Below are positions 1 to 5,013 of a DNA stretch of 5,013 nt, one piece after another. The translations under genes were made by a program, and so were the position numbers. Origin of the DNA: Octopus sinensis. Taxonomy: Eukaryota. The notes under the pieces are model-generated. The model saw only the letters and a list, made by a program, of their open reading frames with translations. It ran no database searches and was not told where the DNA came from. Position 1 is the first letter of the stretch, and each line of letters starts with the position of its first letter. Location: the NCBI RefSeq assembly GCF_006345805.1, contig NW_021830192.1, positions 1 through 5,013 of the forward strand. The letters run 5' to 3'.

Positions 1-537
1 TCCTTTCCTTCCCCCGCATAATTTGATTTAATAAAAGGGATGTTTTGTAACACTATTGTGAAATTTAAATAAGGTTGATGGACTTGGCAATGGAACAATA
101 ATTCTAATAACCCATTTTCATGAGTGCATGACTGAAGGCCATATTGTTGAAGAAGTTGAAATTATGGAAAATATGTCAGTGTGTCAAGAATTAAACTTAG
201 ACTTTTCAAATCCACTCTGCCATTCACCCTGATGCGTTTGGTCTCCAGTTCGAGTGATTTTCGCAATGACACTCAATAAACTTCAATGTTGAATCACTAA
301 ATAAAATAACAGACCGGCTCTAGGATTTACAGGATTCTCACACTCATATGATTTAAAATAAAATCTTAGGAACTGGCCTGGTTGTGCATGGTCATTTGTA
401 TGTTACACTACTAAGACCTTCGCAGAGTACTGTAGATGTAGTGTCAATGTCAAAACGCCATGTCAACTCTTCGGGTAGATACATAATGCAAGGAAAGTTA
501 TATACACATATTTTAATATTTATTTATGTTCTCTTAA
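1..537 (+). mobile_element. Degenerate Helitron RepHel (PIF1-family SF1 helicase) C-terminal coding relic; pseudogenised and continuing upstream of the window
   Basis: Manual translation across frameshifts gives five motifs in the expected order. 8-97 LPPHNLI**KGCFVTLL*NLNKVDGLGNGT (cf. LPPHxLxLKxGxPxMLLRNLxxxxGLCNGT). 166-240 GKYVSVSRIKLRLFKSTLPFTLMRL (cf. IPRIxLxPSxxxLPFxLxRxQ). 245-308 PVRVIFAMTLNKLQC/ESLNKI (cf. FPVRLAFAMTINKSQGQSL). 387-416 HGHLYVTLLR (cf. HGQLYVALSR). The end GKLYTHILIFIYVL resembles TxNIVYxEVL*. Multiple stops and at least 3 frameshifts. Confidence 0.85.
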
Positions 538-842
538 TTTATTGTTTTTTAATCGTCGTCATTCAGCATCGTCAACAAGTATGACTACTGCAGCCAAGCA
601 AAGAGCGAGCGAATACACTCTTTAATTATTAAGAATACACCAGATTTTGTATAAAATTAAGTTGTTCAACATCCAGTCCAAATTCTATACAAAATAAGAT
701 GCTAGATTAATACTCATTCGCCTTGGTTGTCACGACAATATATGGTGAACGATGAAAATAAGACATTTAATAAATTTTAATAGATCAACGATTAAAATAT
801 AATGGTGTTTGTTTTGTTAGTGTTTTTCTTCTTTTTTTCCAG

Positions 843-915
843 TGGGAATCCATTTTTATCAGAAATATGTATTCCAATGTCTGTTGATCCTAATCCGTTT
901 ATAGGAAATTGTTAA
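843..915 (+). CDS. Speculative short terminal coding exon (xGNPFLSEICIPMSVDPNPFIGNC*)
   Basis: Strong polypyrimidine tract plus CAG acceptor (tttttcttctttttttccAG, AG at 841-842). Frame 844-915 is open to TAA, with AATAAA downstream at 966 and 1170. No homology recognised. Confidence 0.2.
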
Positions 916-937
916 TTCCTTACTTTGATAATGAATG

Positions 938-1038
938 TATATATATATATATATATACAAACATAAATAAATGTAGATACATACATGTGTGTGCGTGTCT
1001 GTTTGTGTGTGTGTGTGTGTGTGGTTTCTGCGTGTGCG
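938..1038. repeat. Compound (TA)n / (TG)n microsatellite
   Basis: (TA)n at 938-957 and interrupted (TG)n at about 986-1038. Confidence 0.95.
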
Positions 1039-1200
1039 TTTATGTAAACAGTGGGTGAGTTGATTTATTTGCTTCAATATGAACATGCCATTTGTAGAAC
1101 AAATATGGAAACTTTTGTAACATTTGCAATATTTTACCTTTTAAAAGCATTTTGGTGGGTATAATAATGAATAAAAATAGTAATTCTGTCTAATCTTGAA

Positions 1201-1279
1201 GTGAGGTGGCAAACCGATTACATCGACTCCAGTGCTGAACTGGTACTTATTTTATCGACCCCGAAAGGATGAAAGGTAA
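1201..1279 (-). mobile_element. SINE central/3' fragment (called family A here; Meta-SINE-like central domain)
   Basis: The minus strand reads cctttcatcctttcggggtcgataaaataagtaccagttcagcactggagtcgatgtaatcg, matching from memory a conserved metazoan SINE central domain abundant in octopus. A diverged second copy lies at 2675-2780. The 5' part is lost at the (TAA)n tract. Confidence 0.75.
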
Positions 1280-1282
1280 TAA

Positions 1283-1323
<41 letters not shown>

Positions 1324-1340
1324 TAAAATAAAAATAAAAA

Positions 1341-1415
<75 letters not shown>

Positions 1416-1422
1416 TATCATT

Positions 1423-1484
<62 letters not shown>

Positions 1485-1497
1485 CATCATCATTATT
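1277..1497. repeat. (TAA)n tract (1277-1414) abutting an inverted (TTA)n tract (1415-1497)
   Basis: Directly visible; polarity switches at ataa|ttat (1414/1415). Confidence 0.97.
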
Positions 1498-1727
1498 GCC
1501 TATCCTAAGAAAAGCATTCTCGACTTGAAAATACCGGATTACCTTAAGACTCCTTTAAAAGCTGATATATTACAAACGTAACAGAATTTTAGCCCTGAAA
1601 TTCTGGTCTCCTCCTTCAATGTATCATTTCTAATCATACCCTTGGAAAAACGCCCGACATGCTGTTTCTTGGGGGAAAACTTAGAACAGTTCGTGCGAAA
1701 CAAACCAACAGCAAAGTTAGTAAGTAA

Positions 1728-2015
1728 CGGGAAATACGAAGGTTGTGGTCAATGAAGAGAGTAGACGTGATACCAATCGTAATTGGTGCACTTGGAAGTA
1801 TCAGCACTCAACTACCAACATGGCTCAAAAACATTGGTGCAAGTGTGAAGGTAGAAGAGCTACAAAAGTCAGCAATGCTTGGAACTGCATGAATACTTCA
1901 CATGGTTTTTGAAGCATGACCAGCAAACAAGTGTCACCTTATTCTGCTGGCTGTGGACAGTTGACACTGTCCATCATACCCAGCAAAACAAGCTGAAAGT
2001 TTTCATATAATAATA
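1728..2015 (+). mobile_element. 5'-truncated non-LTR retrotransposon 3' end, R4/Dong-type RLE element, copy 1
   Basis: 1728-1919 translates REIRRLWSMKRVDVIPIVIGALGSISTQLPTWLKNIGASVKVEELQKSAMLGTA*ILHMVFEA*. The VIPIVIGALG and LQKxxLLGTARILR motifs are typical of the R4/Dong/Rex6 restriction-like endonuclease C-terminus. Premature TGA at 1890-1892, natural TGA at 1917-1919, about 87-nt 3' UTR, and a short ataataata tail at 2007-2015. Confidence 0.85.
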
Positions 2016-2423
2016 GTTGTGGTGAAAAAAGAAAGAACATGCATGATAATCGACATGGCAAGTCTCGGTGACAACATGATCAAAGAGAAAGTAGAAGAAA
2101 AGCTGAACAACTACGATGATTTGAAGTGGGGAATACGAAGATTGTGGTCAATGAGTAGAGTAGACGTGATACCAATAGTAATTGGCGCACTTGGAAGTAT
2201 CAGTATTCAACTACCAACGTAGCTCAAAAAGATTGGTACAAATATAAAGATAGACCACCTACAAAAATCATCATTGCTTGGAATTGCAAGAATTCTTCGC
2301 CGGGTTCTTGAAGCATGATCAGTAAACAAGCGTCACCTTAGTCTACTGGCTATGGACAGCTGACACTTTCCATCATACCCAGCAAAATAAGCTGTTAGTT
2401 ACCATCAAGTAATAATAATAATG

Positions 2424-2487
<64 letters not shown>
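2013..2487 (+). mobile_element. 5'-truncated non-LTR retrotransposon 3' end, R4/Dong-type RLE element, copy 2, with long (TAA)n tail
   Basis: 2013-2318 translates IVVVKKERTCMIIDMASLGDNMIKEKVEEKLNNYDDLKWGIRRLWSMSRVDVIPIVIGALGSISIQLPT*LKKIGTNIKIDHLQKSSLLGIARILRRVLEA*. This is the RLE domain, truncated just after the catalytic PD, retaining IID and a K..xY..L-like motif. Premature TAG at 2220-2222, natural TGA at 2316-2318, 3' UTR to about 2409, (TAA)n at 2410-2487. About 85% identical to copy 1 over the shared coding part (29 mismatches in 191 nt by hand, no indels, offset 399). Confidence 0.9.
2410..2487 (+). repeat. (TAA)n microsatellite, about 26 units; tail/target of the LINE
   Basis: Directly visible, with one TGA interruption. 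Confidence 0.97.
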
Positions 2488-2490
<3 letters not shown>

Positions 2491-2493
2491 TGA

Positions 2494-2930
2494 GATATAA
2501 CATTCAAACCCCATCAATCTTCAGTATACACTGAAAAGCAGAGAAAGGTTGCGCTAGATAGTATAGTCCTATATACCACTAAGAGACAAAATGCAAACGG
2601 CTGGAATGTCTTTGATCTAAAGTCTGCTTGATCAGTGAAGTTTTTTACATCGATATAGCGTCACAGATATGACTGGAGGGGAATGATCGATTAATTTCAA
2701 TCCAGTACTTGATTAACCCTTATTTTAATCAACCCCTGAAATTAACGAAAGATAAATCTCACAAAAGTTTGTTGAATTTGTTTGTAGAAATTTGTCAATG
2801 AAAGAAAGAACAGTAAAAATAACCTTCGTCAACCATCTCAGGTTGATGAAATAGAGTGTCTGATGACCTGATCTGACCATCTGGAAACGAATGATTGCAT
2901 GATAAGTGATGTGGGGTTTGAATGTTTGTC
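2494..2930. mobile_element. Candidate non-autonomous TIR element (MITE-like)
   Basis: Perfect 15-bp inverted repeat aacattcaaacccca (2499-2513) / tggggtttgaatgtt (2912-2926), extendable to about 19-20 bp, flanked by the direct repeat acaatga (2487-2493 and 2931-2937). No ORF. Confidence 0.35.
2675..2780 (-). mobile_element. Highly diverged SINE family A fragment
   Basis: 2688-2755 cgattaatttcaatccagtacttgattaacccttattttaatcaacccctgaaattaacgaaagataa aligns colinearly with 1215-1279 cgattacatcgactccagtgctgaactggtacttattttatcgaccccgaaaggatgaaaggtaa, with CpG-type decay (tcgacc>tcaacc). Confidence 0.55.
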
Positions 2931-3616
2931 ACAATGATACCTCTAAAGCAGCCAATAACCAGGTGATGCAGCGTTTTATGTCTATTGAAAATGTGATAAT
3001 ATTTGAAGTAAACGAATTTTTCTCATCAATTAATAAATATATCGCCAAATAAATAATATGTTTGAGTATTTATTCTGACATAATTATATTCATGTGCATA
3101 ATTGCTAAAGATATTTAATCTTTTATTTGTATGTGAAATATCAGTAACTAACCTTATAATTTTTATAATTATTATTGTAATAGGTCTGATAACAAATTTT
3201 ACTTCACCTAGTAAGATTTTTAAGTGAAATTAGTAACAAATAATAATGTATATTTAAATTATAAATTCACAATAAATCACTTGATTTTATATCTAATTCT
3301 AAACATCTACTCGTGTGCACGATTACGTAGTTGTTCCCACAAGAGTACGTTGACTAGTGTGGCGAAGTTTTCGCTAACAAGGTTTAATAAGACAGAAATA
3401 AGTAGATTTCCCTCTTCTACAATTGCTAAAGTAATAAAATAAACTAATATTCAAATAATAGTATCCTTTCCTTATGACATACATACTACTAATTACATAT
3501 TTTTTGCTTATTAAGTTTCACGTGTTCATACTTGCTGGATGATAAACAAATATCACTTTTAATTATCTATATTTAACTCTTTAAAGCCAAATTTGACCAT
3601 AACACTATTCCCACAA

Positions 3617-3925
3617 ATATATACATATTATATATTATTTATATAATATTGTATTATATTACATCATTATATATATATTTATTATTATATATATAATATA
3701 TATAAAATATCATATTATATATATATTATTACCCGCGCACATATATGTGTATATATTTCATATTATTATATATTATATACAAAATACATCATAATATCAT
3801 ATATATCAATTTTATATTTATATATTATATATATTATAATTTATATACATATTATTTTTTTTACAAAGATATTATATTTTATATATATATTGTATTTTAT
3901 ATATCGTGGATATATATATACATAC
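3617..3925. repeat. Degenerate (TA)/(TAT)-rich low-complexity tract
   Basis: Almost entirely A/T, with broken TA and TAT units. Confidence 0.9.
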
Positions 3926-4051
3926 ATTCTGACAGAGAACATATAGATAACTAGCACTTTAATACGTGTATTGTGACCTTTAAATAAATATATTTATCTC
4001 TAACCAGCTGGAGTACATTTTTGTTGAGTTTTTGTCACGGATCAGTACATT

Positions 4052-4117
4052 GTATATATACATGCATATATACATACATATATACATATAACATATATAT
4101 ATATAATATATATATAT

Positions 4118-4165
<48 letters not shown>

Positions 4166-4172
4166 TATATAT
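4052..4172. repeat. (TACA)n/(TA)n microsatellite
   Basis: Directly visible. Confidence 0.95.
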
Positions 4173-4250
4173 TCGTACCGGACGTAACGGTAGGCGAAAT
4201 ACCGCTAAGCGTTTCGCCCGGCGTGCTACCGATTCTGCCACTCACCACCT
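4171..4250 (-). mobile_element. tRNA-derived SINE 5' head (probably family A), 3'-truncated at the (TA)n tract
   Basis: The minus strand reads aggtggtgagTGGCAGAATCGGtagcacgccgggcgaaacgcttagcggtatttcgcctaccgttacgtccGGTACGAAT, with an A-box-like element (4229-4240) and a B-box-like element (4171-4179). It is a GC/CpG-rich island in AT-rich DNA. Family assignment is from recall. Confidence 0.7.
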
Positions 4251-4258
4251 TAAATATA

Positions 4259-4430
4259 GGTGCAGGTGTACCTCTGTGGTAATTAGCTTGCTTATCAACC
4301 ACATAGTCCCTGGTTTTCTGTCCCACTGCGTGGTATCTTGGGCAAGTGTCATCTACTATAGCCTCGGGCCGACCAAATCTTTGTGAGTGCATTTGGTAGA
4401 CGGAAACTGAAAGAAGCTCGTCATATATAA

Positions 4431-4486
<56 letters not shown>

Positions 4487-4838
4487 ATTATTATTATTAT
4501 TATCATTATCATTATTATTATTATATATAATATACAATATATCATATTATATATAATATATATATATATTATTACTCGTACACTTACATGCTGTATATAA
4601 TATTTTATATTATTAAATATTATATATATATAATACATTATAATATATATAATATATATATATGTGTGTGTGTGTGTTTGATCGGGTGTAAGTGTGTGTA
4701 CATGTTTGTGTGTCTACGTTTGTGCCCCCCCCCCATACACACACACACAACATCACTTGACAACTGGGGTCGATTTTCTCGACTAAAGGCGGAGCTCCAA
4801 CATGGCCGCAGTCAAATGACTGCAACAAATAAAAGAAT
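4259..4838 (+). mobile_element. tRNA-derived SINE (family B, CORE/OR-like octopus SINE) with expanded internal microsatellite
   Basis: Head ggtgcagg... with degenerate A/B boxes; body cttgggcaagtgtc...gcctcgggccgaccaaa...gtagacggaaactgaaagaag (to about 4422), also present inverted at 4883-5013; internal simple repeat; and a 3' part (tttgtgcccccc...cttgacaac tggggtcgattttctcgactaaaggcggagctccaacatggccgcagtcaaatgactgcaacaaataaaagaat) ending in a gcagtc-aaat-gactgc hairpin (4808-4823). Linking the two halves into one element relies on my recollection of the consensus. Confidence 0.78.
4423..4676. repeat. Compound (TTA)n/(TA)n/(TG)n microsatellite inside the SINE
   Basis: (TTA)n at about 4434-4523, degenerate TA to about 4662, then (TG)n. 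Confidence 0.95.
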
Positions 4839-4882
4839 ATATATATGTATGTATGTATGTACGTATGTATGTATATATAAAG
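4838..4882. repeat. (TA)n/(TATG)n microsatellite between the inverted SINEs
   Basis: Directly visible. Confidence 0.9.
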
Positions 4883-5013
4883 ATATACGACGGGCTTCTT
4901 TTAGTTACCGTCTAGCAAATCCACTCACAAGGCTTTGGTCGGTCCTGAGGCTATAGTAGAATAAACTTGTCCTAGGTGCCACACAGTGGGACTGAACCCG
5001 GTATCATATGATT
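4883..5013 (-). mobile_element. Second SINE family B copy (5' half), running off the window end
   Basis: The reverse complement aligns to 4297-4428 at roughly 80% identity by eye. An intact B-box-like GGGTTCAGTCCC lies at 4988-4999 on the minus strand. Confidence 0.85.

Noticed and set aside
384-584. 66-aa ORF as a standalone membrane protein gene
   Set aside because: It is the last in-frame piece of the Helitron helicase relic; the hydrophobic tail is AT-rich read-through.
859-1086. 75-aa minus-strand ORF
   Set aside because: The HT and YI runs are translations of (CA)n and (TA)n microsatellites.
1218-1493. 91-aa poly-Ile/poly-Tyr ORF
   Set aside because: Translation of the TAA/TTA tracts plus a SINE fragment.
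2019-2222. 67-aa ORF as a functional nuclease or defence gene
   Set aside because: A truncated LINE RLE fragment that lacks the catalytic PD, has no true start and ends at a premature TAG.
3224-3442. 72-aa ORF
   Set aside because: GTG start, no recognisable motif and no convincing splice signals; compatible with chance.
3950-3973. Minus-strand hairpin plus CTAG as a Helitron end
   Set aside because: The stem is short and AT-rich with a 2-nt loop; expected by chance at this composition.
3993-4055. Possible micro-exon after tttatctctaaccAG (LEYIFVEFLSRIST)
   Set aside because: Moderate acceptor but no good donor site and no recognisable homology.
1201-4250. SINE head (4171-4250) and SINE body (1201-1279) as one element split by a 2.9-kb insertion
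   Set aside because: They are colinear on the minus strand, but the family appears high-copy (a third piece lies at 2675-2780), there is no TSD, and the intervening DNA is a mosaic. Independent fragments are the simpler explanation.
4171-4330. tRNA genes
   Set aside because: Only A/B-box-like remnants; no cloverleaf or terminator, and the plus-strand head continues into a SINE body.
3745-4956. ORFs 3745-3954, 4035-4241, 4042-4638, 4588-4956 and 4613-4828
   Set aside because: Composed of I/Y/C/V/H/T runs from microsatellites and of SINE sequence.
1-5013. CRISPR array or novel prokaryotic-type system
   Set aside because: No regularly spaced repeat-spacer units, no operon-like ORFs or ribosome-binding sites; all repeats are explained by microsatellites and eukaryotic transposons.

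Overview
Eukaryotic, very AT-rich, repeat-saturated non-coding DNA. I infer a coleoid cephalopod such as Octopus from the SINE families and the (TAA)n/(TA)n density; this rests on recall, not a search. There is no intact protein-coding gene. From 5' to 3' the window holds: a frameshifted Helitron/PIF1-type helicase C-terminus (1-537); a possible short terminal exon with two NPF motifs (843-915, speculative); a SINE fragment abutting a (TAA)n/(TTA)n palindrome; two head-to-tail, 5'-truncated R4/Dong-type RLE non-LTR retrotransposon ends joined through a TAA tail (1728-2487); a candidate 437-bp element with inverted termini and a 7-bp flanking direct repeat (2494-2930); AT low-complexity DNA; and a cluster of tRNA-derived SINEs in head-to-head and inverted orientation (4171-5013). 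Most ORFs in the track are microsatellite artefacts. I see no evidence for a new multi-gene system. The best leads are in transposon biology: self-nesting TAA-targeted LINEs, their structured 3' UTR, and the candidate MITE.
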